Assembly: GCA_904063045.1 (NCBI GenBank)
Contig: CAJFCJ010000002.1
Coordinates: 2,224,161 to 2,288,160 of the forward strand
DNA length: 64,000 bases
From: Dimorphilus gyrociliatus
Lineage: Eukaryota > Animalia > Annelida
Reading direction: 5' to 3'
In this document: positions 26,239 through 39,366 of the stretch, one piece after another
Layout of the letters: each line of letters opens with the position of its first letter
Numbering within the stretch: position 1 is the stretch's first letter
Notes under the pieces: model-generated
Database searches by the model: none
The model's input: the letters and a program-made list of their open reading frames with translations, nothing else
What the model was told of the DNA's origin: nothing
Made by a program: the position numbers and the translations under genes

Positions 26239-29200
26239 ATGGCTTTCTTTCAGCAATTAAGATTGCTTTTATGGAAAAATTTTACACTTAAACGGCGAAA
26301 ACCTATTATGACCACTGTTGAGATAATATGGCCATTATTTTTATTTATTATTCTTGCTTGGGTTAGAACGAGAGGTTTAAAAGAATTCAATCACGAATGT
26401 CACTTCGACGCTAAAGCTTTGCCATCAACTGGTATTTTCCCATTTCTGCAGAGTGTAGTTTGCAGCTTGAATAATACTTGTCACATCAATGAAACTGATA
26501 CTGAACGAAGATTGCTAACTGACACTTTCTCGTCAAGTTCCTTGACAACTATAATATCTGACTTTGATGTGGTTCTTAGCAATGAGAACAACATAGAAGC
26601 TTTGGCGAGACTAATAGTTGATGCTGATAATTTGAGGAAACTAGTCTCTGACGACATTCTTAGCGGTAACGTCCCATGTACCACACAACTTACAAATCTG
26701 TTAAACTCTAGTGACTTTAGAGAACGACTTAAAGAAGATAATATCTCTTTATCCAACGAGGCTATTACGTTACTTCTACAGAGTGACATTAACGAAACAA
26801 ACGTGAGCATTAAAATTGATATCGATTTAATAGACCTTGTCACTTCTTATTTTCTCTTGCTGTATTTTTCCGTTTATATTCTTAGTCATACGTGTAAATA
26901 TAATTCCTGTTCTTATTTTTAGGCCTTGATGAGGGGACTGGACTTTTTAAGGGATCAGCAATTTAATCCTAATAGATTAAATGAAGAAGCAGAAACGATA
27001 TTTTGTGATAAGAATGAATTTGATCGTTTATTGACCGTTCATCATAGTGATAACGAAACGGAAATATTGCGTCAATCCATTTGTGGTCTGCCTGGGGATC
27101 AAAGAGTAGATTTGCTGAATGATCTTATACAAGCTATATCAATACCTAGATTAATTGAAGGGCTTAATAATTGTTCAGAAGCAGCGGGAATACCCAGAGT
27201 CCAGAGTCGCTTTGAGGAAATTAACTCTCTTACGAGGATTGCTAATGATATCTCCCAACTGAATTCTTTGTGGAAAGCTTTTGGGGATATTCAACAAGCT
27301 GTTGGTACATCGGATGCACCGACATCATCAAGAATTAGCAAACTACTCTGTGGCAGATCATCCCAATTTCTTGAAAGAATTTTGCGAAGTCAGGAAAGTG
27401 CCAACGAGGCGCTTCCAACTACTAAGAGGCCTAGCAATGACGATAATGATCACGAAGCTCATGAAAATGATCAGAGAAGAAAATGTGTAGAGAAGTATGA
27501 GAATATGACTGACTACTGCAAGTCATTTATATGTAGTATGCAAGAATCGAGATCAACTAGATTACTATGGAGGCAACTTGGACCAATTGTCAGAGGAAAT
27601 ATACTCTATACTCCTGACATTCCAGTTGTTAGGGAATTTTTGAACAATTCGTTGACTTTATTTCAACAGATTGGTTTGCTTAAACAATTTGCAAAGGATT
27701 TCTTGGATATAACTCCAGATTTAGTCAGTACGGTTAATAGCGAATGGTTTGAAGTTATATTATCTGCCGTTCAATCACCTCAAACTGGTAGTATTTTCCC
27801 CAATACAACCGGAGTAAATGATTTCCAAAACTTAATTAGAAATCAGAATTTATCAGACCTAATAGAAACGGTAGCAGCTGTTATAAATGCAACTGCACAG
27901 TTTCTAGACTGTGTGAAACTTGACAAATTGCAAGGAATTGAATCAGAAGGTCGTTTACTTTATGAAGGACAAAAGATGATCAGTAATGGAACATTCTGGG
28001 CTGGAATAGTATTTGAAATTCCTGAAGATGCTAAAGAAATACCTGATTTACTTCACTATAAAATAAGAATGGATTCGGCAAAAATTGATAATACAAAATA
28101 TAAAGTAGATCGATTTTGGCGGCCTGGTCCTAGAAGGATGCCTTTTAGTGATCTGAAGTATTTCCTCTCGGGTTTTATCTTTCTTCAAGATATGATCGAC
28201 TCTTATTATATAAAAACAAGAGCAACAGACCCAAATGAAGCGAACCTTGGAATGTACATGCAACAATTTCCATATCCCTGTTATATCTATGATCAATTTG
28301 TTAGAGCTTTAACTGGTATGATGCCGCTGTTTATGACTGTTGCATGGATTTTATCCGTTGCTATGATTGTCAGATCTATCGTGTATGAAAAGGAAAAACG
28401 ATTAAAAGAGGTAATGCGAACTATGGGTCTAGGAAACCTTGTACACTGGATTGCCTCGTTTATAACGTCATTAATAATTTTGTTAGTAAGCTGTATTGCT
28501 CTCCTCATTATCTTAAAAGTTGGAAAAGTGGCTGAACATGCAAATGCCGGTGTAATCTTGGTTTTTCTCCTTTGTCATGTAGTCGCTACGATAGCTCAAA
28601 CTTTCCTTATCTCAACACTCTTTTCCAGAGCTAATTTAGCGGCGGTTTGCGCTGCCATTATCTATTTCGTCGGCTATTTGCCATATAGCATATGCTTAAG
28701 ATATGAAGAAAATATGATGTTCTGGCATAAATGCGTAGCTTGTTTATCTTCAACCGTATCATTTGGTTTTGGATGCTCTTATATAGCTCGATACGAAGAG
28801 ATTGGTGAAGGACTTCAGTGGTCAAACGTAGGAAAAAGCCCTCTGCCAGATGATAACTTCAGCGCTGCTACATCCATGTTAATGATGCTCGTTGATTCCT
28901 GCATTTATTTTCTGATCACTTGGTACATCGAAGCAGTCTTTCCAGGAGATTACGGAGTTCCACAAAAATGGTACTTTCCTGTCCAATCTTCCTACTGGAG
29001 AGGCTTCATCTCAATGAAAAAGGTCAGTGATTCAAGCACTGCGTACCATTCCGAAAGTTTAGATTCAACTAAATACGAAGAGTGGGCATCTCATGAGAAA
29101 ATAGGCGTCAGTATCAAGGGTTTAACGAAAAAATTCGGCAATAAAACCGCAGTTGATAGTTTAAACTTGAATTTTGCACATGATCAAATTACATCTTTCC

Positions 29201-32200
29201 TTGGTCATAATGGAGCTGGAAAGACCACAACAATTTCAATATTAACTGGCATTATTCCACCATCGTCTGGAACGGCTGTTATTTATGATAAAGATATTAG
29301 AACTGATCTGCCTGAAATAAGAAAATCTCTGGGACTCTGCCCACAACATAACGTATTATTTGGTAATCTCACTTGTGAGGAGCACGTCTGGTTTTACGGC
29401 TCCCTAAAGGGCATGACAAATGCTGAAATAAAACAAGATTTAGACAAACTATTAAGCGATGTTGATTTAATACACAAAAAGGATGCTCTATCAACTTCCC
29501 TATCAGGTGGAATGCAAAGAAAACTTTCCATTGCTATTGCCTTCGTAGGAAATTCTAAAGGTACGTTAAAAAAATTGAAGGGATTTTAGTCAAACAGTCA
29601 ACTAATAGGTTATATATTTTTTTACTATTTTTCAGTGGTTATTTTGGACGAACCAACAGCTGGAGTAGATCCTCACGCTAGGCGAGCTATTTGGGAATTA
29701 CTTCTTAAATACAAAAAAAGTCGTACCATCATACTGTGTACCCACTTTATGGATGAAGCTGATGTTCTGGGAGATAAAATAGCTATTATTGCTCATGGTA
29801 AACTTAAATGTTATGGATCTAGTATGTTTTTAAAGAATTCTCTTGGTGATGGATACCAGTTGACGTTAGTAAGAGCTGAAGAACAAATAAAAGATTCAAC
29901 GGCTGTAACTAGACTCGTTTGCCAGCATGTTGAGGAAGCTAGGTTAATTGAAGATATTGGAACGGAAATGACTTTTCAATTGCCATCATCAAAGTCACAA
30001 AATTTTCCCGAACTGTTTAATGCTTTAGAAAAATTAAAGGAAGAACTCGGAATATCAAGTTATGGAATTTCGGACGCAGCCTTAGAAGAAGTTTTTCTAA
30101 AAGTTGCAGAAGATGCTAAAGTTACCGAGGGAACTGAACAAAGAGAAAGAGACGAAATAGATGATACACGAAGTGAAAATAATATATCATTTCCAACTAC
30201 ATTTTCCAGTTTCCGCAAGAGATTAAATTATTTAAATAAGAAGCTCAGAAAAACTGTCGATTCTAGACATTTGGTCAATGATCACCATAAAAATATTAAT
30301 ATTGAAAATTGCAATGGTGCAGGATCTCATAAGATCGATGGATTTCACTTGCTAAGGAGACAATTTTCTGGAATATTTATTAAAAGATTTCATAATACTC
30401 GAAGGAATATTAAAGGTCTATTTGCAGAAATAGTACTTCCTGCAGTATTTGTTTGCTTGGCAATGATTTTCTCAACCCTGAAAATTACTCAACCCGATCA
30501 AGCCCCATTGGAATTACATCCTTGGACTCTAAAGCCTAGTAATGCTGAGGACAAGCATTTGTATATGTTCTATAGCAAAGATAGTACTAATTCAATATTA
30601 GGAGACAAACTAGAATATGAGCTTACTCAGTCTGAAACCAGTTTAGGAACTCGTTGTCTCCCCTCAGACTTTTGGAATATAGATGGAAAAAGTTGTGAAA
30701 AATCCTCTAGTACAAAATGGTCTGAACCACCTGCGTTTGTTGCTAATTACTCATCATTGCCTAAGTGCTCCTGTGAGAATGGGTTCATAAAATGCCCTGA
30801 TGGAGCTGCAGGCCCCACACCTGCTAAAAGGATCCTTCCCACTACAGATGTAATCTTTAACTTGACGAACTACAATGTTTCCGATTGGTTGAAGAAGACT
30901 ATGCCTGATTATATTAAGAAGCGGTATGGGGGGTATTCCTTTATTGACAATAACGAATTGGACTTGAATAATTCTGAAATAGTAAATAGTACTCAAAATC
31001 TGCAATTGCTCAGCACCCTTATTTGTGGTAACATTACCAATTGTTCTGCTAGAGCTATTCTAAATGATCTGATAAATATCTCAAAAATAGCTGTAACCCC
31101 TAAAACAGCAAAAGTGTGGTTCAATAACAAGGGCCATCCAGCATCAGTAGCCTATTTAAATGCATTTTCTAACATGCTTTTGAGGGCTACTGTCAACTCA
31201 ACTACTTCAAGAAGACATGGTATAGTTGCGGTTCAACATCCGTTAAATTTAACGTCACTTCAATTGGAGGATTTTGCCTTAAGAGCTTCAGCAGTTGATG
31301 TTCTTATAGCTATCAGTGTAATATTTGCGTTATCTTTTATACCTGCATCCTTCGTTCTGTTCTTGATAGACGAGAGAGTTTCTAACGCTAAGCACTTGCA
31401 GTTGGTTTCTGGTGTCAGTCCAGTTGTATACTGGCTATCAACTTTTGCCTGGGATATGTTAAGCTACTGTTTTTCAGTACTGATTTGCTTTATTATCTTC
31501 TTATGCTTTCAAACAAAGGCATACGTATCTGCAGATAATGCACCGTGTTTACTCCTTTTACTTTTACTCTACGGGTGGTCAATAATTCCTATGATGTACC
31601 CTACAAATTATTTATTTAGAATTCCTTCTCTTGCATTTATTCTACTATCTAGCATCAACGTAATGGTTGGTTTCTTGTCAACAATATCTACATACTTTAT
31701 GGAATTCTTCGATGATGAAGAATTACAAAATATCAACAACATTTTGAGAAAAGTTTTCCTTATTTTACCGCACTATTGCCTTGGTAGAGGCTTGGTAGAC
31801 ATGGCAGCTAATCAATTGTCAGCCGACGTTTTCCAAAGTCTTGGTGAGGTAGAGTTTAAAGATCCTCTTAGTTGGGAAATGTGTGGCAAGAATCTACTCT
31901 CCATGTTCTTACTTGGATGGTTGTTTTTAGCCTTAACTCTCTGTATTCAATATGGCTTTTGGTACAGGAAATGGTTTCCAATGGCGAAAAAGCAATACAT
32001 ACCACCTGCCAATGCAGCGGAGGATCCAGATGTTGAAGCGGAACGACACCGTGTTCAATCATCTGATGACTTATTGAAAGTAGATGGACTTGCAAAAGTT
32101 TACAACAATTTTCAACCGTTTATGTGCCGATTTAAACCGAATTCGGCTGTAAAAGGTATCCATTTTGGAGTGAGAAAGGGTCAGTGTTTTGGTCTGTTGG

Positions 32201-33234
32201 GTGTCAATGGAGCTGGAAAAACAACTACTTTCAAAATGTTGACTGGGGACTTGGATGTAGGTCATGGAGATGCTTTCATCGACGGGAAGAGCGTCAAGAA
32301 GGAGCCTTCAGAAGCCTTTAAGAGACTAGGATACTGTCCTCAATTCGATGCGATTTGGCCCCTCCTTACTGCAAGAGAGCATTTAATTTTTTTTGCAAAA
32401 ATAAGAGGCGTACCAGAGAAAGATATAGCCAGGGTTGCTCAATGGGCCATCAGTCGAATGAGCTTGACAAGATATGCGGATAGACCATCAGGAACATATT
32501 CAGGTGGAAATAAGAGGAAACTCAGTACAGCAATCGCCCTGGTTGGAAATCCATCCATTGTCTTTTTGGACGAACCAACAACTGGTATGGATCCAGCAGC
32601 TAAAAGATTCTTATGGTCAGCCATATCCGATATAGTGAAAGAAGGCCGATCAGTTGTGCTGACATCTCACAGCATGGAAGAATGCGAAGCTTTGTGCGGA
32701 AGAATATCGATTATGGTTAACGGAAGATTCAAGTGCATTGGATCAATTCAACATATAAAACATCGTTTTGGAAATGGCTATACTTTATCTATTAGAGTGA
32801 AGGAGAAGAATCTTGTTGAAAACGCTAAGAATTTTGTGGAAAAGACATTTACAGAGAATAAAAAACTAGAAGAACATAACACCATGATAAAGTATCAAAT
32901 TTTTAATTGCTCTTTAAGTTCTATGTTCTCTTCTATTGAGGAAAACAAGGCAACACTCGGCATAGAAGACTATTCGCTCTGTCAAACAACACTTGATCAA
33001 GTTTTCATTGATTTTGCCCGAGATCAGAATGATTTCAATGATGATAATGATGATCGACGACAAGTCAATTCAATTAACCAGTATAGTTCTGGCGCAGTGG
33101 AAATGAGATCCGTCAACGGTCATTCGCCTGAGGATGGACAAGAAGACAGGCCGAAATCTGCAGTGAGCCAAAGAGACGTAGTTTTACCCGTAACTATGAA
33201 TGGTATTGAATCCGACACGCATTCCATAGCTTGA
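26239..33234 (+). CDS. Full-length ABC transporter, subfamily A (ABCA1/4/7-like), 3 coding exons
   Basis: MAFFQQLRLLLWKNF start; IVYEKEKRLKEVM; NBD1 GHNGAGKTT / LSGGMQRKL / DEPT; NBD2 GVNGAGKTT / YSGGNKRKL / DEPT; terminal QTTLDQVFIDFA. Introns at 26803-26922 and 29561-29635. Confidence 0.95.
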
Positions 33235-33459
33235 ATCTCAATTACTCACGAACTTTATATCAAGAAAAGAAGGCTATAACATTTTTATACTTATACAATA
33301 CATATAAAATGTGAATATCTATTTACTTGAGTGCCGTAGTGTTGTGATACTTTTAGTATATAAACACTAAGTTGTTAACAATGTATCAATTATGAATAAT
33401 TAAATGACTTTTATTTAATTATAATCATATTATTAAAGTTTACTTAAGTCAACTATATG

Positions 33460-34705
33460 TTAGCTCTTTCGTAGCTCCTGTTCTAGTTTATTTGGATGGA
33501 ACACTCCAATTTCCGTAACTATGCCACCAGTTATAAGTTCCGCTGGTGTAACATCAAAAGCTGGATTCCAACAATTCATTCCTTGTGGAGCAATCTGACA
33601 ATCTCCTATTTTAGTCATTTCGGAATGTGGTCTCTCTTCTATGATAATTTCTTTGCCAGATTTCTTACTTAAATCAATCGTTGTTCTTGGAGTAACTACG
33701 TAGAATGGTATATTATGATATTTAGCACATATAGCTATTTGATAAGTTCCAATTTTATTTGCTGTATCTCCGTTGGCAACTACACGATCTGCACCAACGA
33801 AAACTGCAGATATTTTCTTCTCTTTCATGAGATAGGCAACCATATCATCACAAATCAGACTAGAAGGTAAGTTTTCGCAAGTCAACTCGTACGCTGTTAA
33901 TCTTGCTCCCTGGTTATAGGGTCTAGTTTCAGTACAATAACAATGTTCCAAACGACCTTCTTCACCTAATTTCCTAATTACACCTATAAAACTTTTCGTT
34001 ATTTTTCCCATAACTTTTTAACTTAAAGTACAAACCTAATGCCGTTCCATAACCTGCAGTAGCCAATGAACCAGTATTACAATGTGTCAAGACAGACACC
34101 TTTTCACCACCGACTGTATTTAATAAATGCATTGCTCCATGAGTAGCTACAGCTTTATTTGTATCAACATCTTCTTTAAGCATATTTTTAGTAGCTTCAA
34201 GAATTCTAAGCAAAGAGAATAAAGCTCTTATTAATACTCTACGTATTCATATGAATTTAAAAAATTAAGCATACAGAGCTTTAGCTTCCGATGCAGATTT
34301 GGAATTTGAAACGGATTCCGAGGCCAATTTAACAAGTCTATCCTTCGCTTCGGAAATATTTACAGCAGTTGGTCTCGCAGATACTAAATATGTCATTTTC
34401 TCTTCTACAAATATTTTAACATCAGTTGCCGATGCAAATTCACAACGTAGCATTTCAACGTGTAGACTCAACGATCCCAAAACTGCTATTGCCGGTGCTC
34501 CTCTTATCTTAAAGTAATGTAACAGAAATTCTTTACTCAACCTTAAAGTGTCAGATAGTATTTTTGACTTTACCTGCATAGTTTTAATAGCTCTATGACC
34601 ATCTTTAGTATCTTTAATGTCTATATATTTAGTAGTATTGGGCAACTGAAGTTGATCAATGATTTCCAGTTTAGTACCATCAAATACAATAGATTGAAGA
34701 CTCAT
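33460..34705 (-). CDS. MRI1: Methylthioribose-1-phosphate isomerase
   Basis: IDQLQLP, MQ|[73 protein letters not shown]. Confidence 0.95.
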
Positions 34706-35296
34706 ATTTTAATTTTTTATAGTAATCAAATCGTCCAAAGGAAAATAATAATGTTCTAGTAGAAATAATCTATAAAGTTTAAAGAAACATTAACATATAT
34801 AATTAATCTAAATAGGCCTGTAAAATTACTTTCAAGTAAACTTTGATTATTTAATAATCTATGTTCCACGTTTTCTTTGATTCAAGGCTAGAGTTTGGCC
34901 TAACAAAAACAAAGATATACTTTCTAAAGATTGGTAACTTTTTGTGCGTATCTTTCGCTAAAATAATAATTAACCTCTTTCTTTTAACATTCACAAAAAA
35001 ACATTATTTATATATATGTAATTATAGATAGAGAAATTATAAATTAATTATCGGTAAATTGACTTTTATGAAGGAAATCTACGAAATTTAAGCACGAATG
35101 TCAAGGTCACTTTCAACTTTAAAATGTTCACGGAATTGTTTGAAAGTTGTGCGTTTAATAATAGAAAAATTAGGTGCTGACAATATTGAAATTGAATTGA
35201 TCGATTATTCATAGTTTATTTATTTTATGAAGATTGTATTGGATAGTTTCTTCATCAATTAGTATCAACAAAAACAGTTCAAAAAAGTATATTAAA

Positions 35297-36177
35297 TTAC
35301 CATCTATAATGAGCATACGCTCTATTAGCTTCGCAAGTTCGGTGTAGTTCAATTTTCTTTCTTACTGCTTTACCTTCACTATTTGATGCATCTATTAATT
35401 CTCTAGCCAAACTATCCCAGATTCTTGTATTTCTCTCTTTCTCCTTGGCAGCTTCGACTAACCAATAGAATGCCTTATACGTTTGATAATTAGGCATAAC
35501 AGGTATAGGTACTTCGTACATAACTCCTCCTCTAACCACTTTTTGCAAAATTAACAAGGGTTTACAATTTTCAACAGCTTGGGAGAAGATTTTCCTCGGA
35601 TTGAGTTCTATCCTTGATTTTTCTTCTTCAGTCTCTGCTTTATGATATTTCTTTAATTGAATTATTTTAACATTTTCTAAAGCCATTTCTGTAACGTATC
35701 GTGCTAAATTTTTATTTCCTTTTTTCATTAAGTGCCTTGTGAAACGCCTAAATTATGAAATATGAACATAATAAATGATTGCTAATTGAAAATGATGTTG
35801 TAAGTTTGTTGACTTTCTTACTTGATGAGTGGGTCATAGTTGAGAAGTGTATTATGTTCATCTAGAGCGGCTTTTATTGGCCTATATCTTCGCTCATCCA
35901 ATTCGGAGAGGGGGCTGTGTAATTCTTTCTTGTCAATAGTTGGTTCGAGGTAGTTACTTCGAACATCGTATCTTGACCATCTAATTTGAGTAAGGCTGAA
36001 GGAGATATCCTCATATTATCGAACATCAAATTGACATGATTAGCCACATTATATCAAATTGAAAGATAAAACACGAATAATTTAATGTGTAAACATATAT
36101 AACAAATTTACCAACCATAATGAGTTAGGATTTATAAATTGCCGCAAAAGACATGCGTTCTTAAAGATGATCGACAT
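35297..36177 (-). CDS. MRPS7: Mitochondrial ribosomal protein S7 (uS7m)
   Basis: Presequence MSIIFKNACLLRQF; RWSRY...YRPIKAA; MKKGNKNLAR; NCKPLL.L..VVRGG..YEVP; HRTCEANRAYAHYRW*. Confidence 0.9.
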
Positions 36178-36738
36178 GCCTTTCGAATTGGAATAGTTTT
36201 CGATCTGACGAAAAGTGTCCAGATTTATCAGAGTTGTATATATAATAGCCGATAAGTTTTAAAATATTCTTTAAATTGATAAAAATAGGTTTATAAACAA
36301 GTTTATAAATATGTATAATGTATATATAATCTTTTAGATAACCCTCCTTTAATAAAGAAATATTTTATAAATTATTTATATATTTATGAAGAAATATACT
36401 TTTTGTATTTTTAAAACTTAATTATTTTAGATCTTCCTTCGATAACATATATATATCAACACACTAGTTAAAAGTTATGTGAGGTTATTGCTTCTCAAAC
36501 AAATGATTTGTTTCCTGCTTTTTGTTTATTTGCATAGAATGAAACTAAAAATTAAAGTTTATTAATAGCTTTCTTATAATTATAACAATATACATAAACT
36601 CAGTTGTTTCTATGGGAGAAAATATATAATAGGTCTAATTTACTTTTTTAATAGACTGAATATGTTTTTTAACTAAATGAATAATATTGATATACATGTA
36701 GAACGTCAAATATAAACAAAATATTGTTCGAAAGATTA

Positions 36739-37012
36739 TTAGAAAACTGGTTTGGGTTGTTGTGTCATAAGGATACCAAATCGCTTCTTAATGGTTATTC
36801 TGTGACGACTGTATTGGTCCATTGGGGAAAATCGCGCTGGATGAGCTGATTTAGTAGGAACTCCTGATGGATCCACGTGCTGTATAGCGATAATACGTTT
36901 AGGTATACATAAAGAAACTATGTGGCGTAAATTTAGCTAAATAAGTGATAAAACTAACTGAAAAAGTATATTTTCTCTTTCCATTTTCATCCAAATAGTA
37001 CATAAGATACAT
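36739..37012 (-). CDS. NOP10: H/ACA ribonucleoprotein subunit NOP10 (2 exons; not in ORF track)
   Basis: [18 protein letters not shown]|[46 protein letters not shown]; phase-0 intron 36880-36958. Confidence 0.95.
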
Positions 37013-37193
37013 TTTTCTTGAGAGGTCTGCTATATGACGGCTTATTTGTAAAACTTATTAGTTCATCCAATAGCACTGCTTGAAGGAAATTTAGACTGGT
37101 GTTTTTGTCTTTGACGAGATGTCAGCACCAACCATCGCTCTTTCCTGTTTTATATTTCCGGTGGACGCTGATCGTCTATAAACTGCCTTGAAG

Positions 37194-39218
37194 ATGGCTA
37201 ATTCTAACTTAAATTGGTCGTCAGTGTGTGGGGGATTATACTCAGGAGGTATGTTAAAACTTTTTCTATATTTTATACTTGGATCTATATTTTTAACATT
37301 TATTTAACGACCGGTCCGACCCAATTTCAAGCGGGTTAATATTTTCGCATTTTTAAATAAAGACTTATTTAATTTTGGTGAAATACAGAGGAAATCGGGG
37401 CTTTTGTCTTCGATATCGGAAGCTATTCAACCAGACTTGGAGTTGCTGGCGAAGATTTACCCAAAGTAAGTGAAAATTTATATTTCACTTGGATGCAAAA
37501 TTTTTATTTAGGCTACTAGTACAGTTAAGTTAATGCGATAACTTTTCAGTACGACATTCCTTCGGCCGTTGCATACGATGAAAATTATGAAGAGAAGAAA
37601 GATACACAAAAATCAAAATATTCATTTGGAGATGTCGAGATTAGGGTACCAAGAGAAGGTGTTCAAATTCAAACATTTTTGGAGGATGGAATGAGTTAGT
37701 TATTTAGATTCTAAAGTCAACATACTATTATTTAAAATTGCTCTCGTACAGTTTCCAACTGGGATCTCTTTGAAGCTCTTGTGGATCACGTATATGCCAA
37801 AAAATTCTGCGCTGCTTCTAACGAATATCCCGTTCTTATGTCTGAACCGAGTGTATGTTTTAGTCTTAAATTAAATGGTATACAGTTCAATATTAATGTA
37901 CGATTTTCAAATAGTGGAATCTTCGAGCTAAACGGGAAAAAGTTACCGAAATTATGTTTGAAAAATACGAAATTCCAGGATTTTATTTGGCTAAAAGTGC
38001 TTTATTGACAGCGTAAGAAATTGTGTTTTAATGTAATTTATTTTTATTAATATTTTACCTTATAATCAGTTTTGCAAGCGGACGACCAACAGCACTAGTT
38101 GTAGATGTTGGCTCAAAGCAAACTAGTGTTGTTCCGGTTTACGAAGGTTATGTACTTTGTCAAGGTAATTATAAATTATTTGATTGACTTAACAAAAGTG
38201 ATTTTTAAACTCTAAAACCATTCTTTAAAAGGAATCGTTAGATCAACTTTGGCAGGAGATACTTTAATTGCCGAATCTCAAAAGCTTCTCGAAACAATGA
38301 ACATTGACTTAGCTCCTATTTATACAGTCAAATCAAAGGTTATTTATTTTTTTAAAGTTTCACTATTTGCATACATATAACTCTATAAACTTAACTTGTT
38401 TTGCATTTTAGGATCCTGTAGGTATAAATGAACAACCGAAGTGGACTAAAAAGACTAATTTACCGAACGTTACTCCGTCATATCACAATAAAATGCTTTA
38501 TGATTTATTGTGCGATTTTAATTCACAAGTTGTTCAAATTCCGGAAACTAGTTACGACGACTCTTTACACGATAATGCTCCAGCTGTATCGTACGAATTT
38601 CCAACTGGTTTCAATTCTGAATTTGGAAACGAACGCTTCCGTATTGGAGAGTGTCTTTTTGATCCAAGACAATTGCAAGTAATGAGAAACGCGCAAGGCA
38701 TGTTGTCAGTCTCCTTAGCCGTTACTACTTGCGTTGGAATGTGTGATGTTGATATTCGATCTGTTCGTATTTTATATTAATTCAATAATGTTGATTATTT
38801 CAAGATTTTTATTGGTTTTTAGAATTTGTACAGCAGCGTAATAGTAACAGGAGGAACAACAATGTTAAATGGATTTACAGATAGATTACAATATGAGCTC
38901 CAAAGAAAAATACCTCCGGTATTAAAATTTTATATACTTTATATATATAATCCAAAAAAACAAAGTTATAAATATATTTGAACGACTTTGCAGACTCTCA
39001 AACTCAAAATGCACAATTCCCAACCAAATATTCAGAGAAGATTCAGCGCTTGGTTAGGAGGATCTATATTAGGATCATTGGTAAAACAACAATTTCATAA
39101 TAAAAACTTAACATAATGAGAATATTTCCATTCATAGGGCTGTTTTCATCAATTATGGATATCAAAGCAGGAATATGAAGAAGGGGGTAAAAACTGTGTT
39201 GAAAGAAAATGTCCTTAA
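37194..39218 (+). CDS. ACTL6A: Actin-like protein 6 / BAF53 / Arp4
   Basis: [45 protein letters not shown]...[75 protein letters not shown]. Confidence 0.92.
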
Positions 39219-39366
39219 TGATTCTTTAGAGTTGTTGGTGTTTTTATGTAAATAGTATTAAAAACGTATAAATATATCTTTTCAAAACTGTTTCAAGTGT
39301 TAATTAGATGTTTTTTTTAAAAATAAAAGTTGTACATTTTTTAGAGACAATTCGGTAAACCTACTT

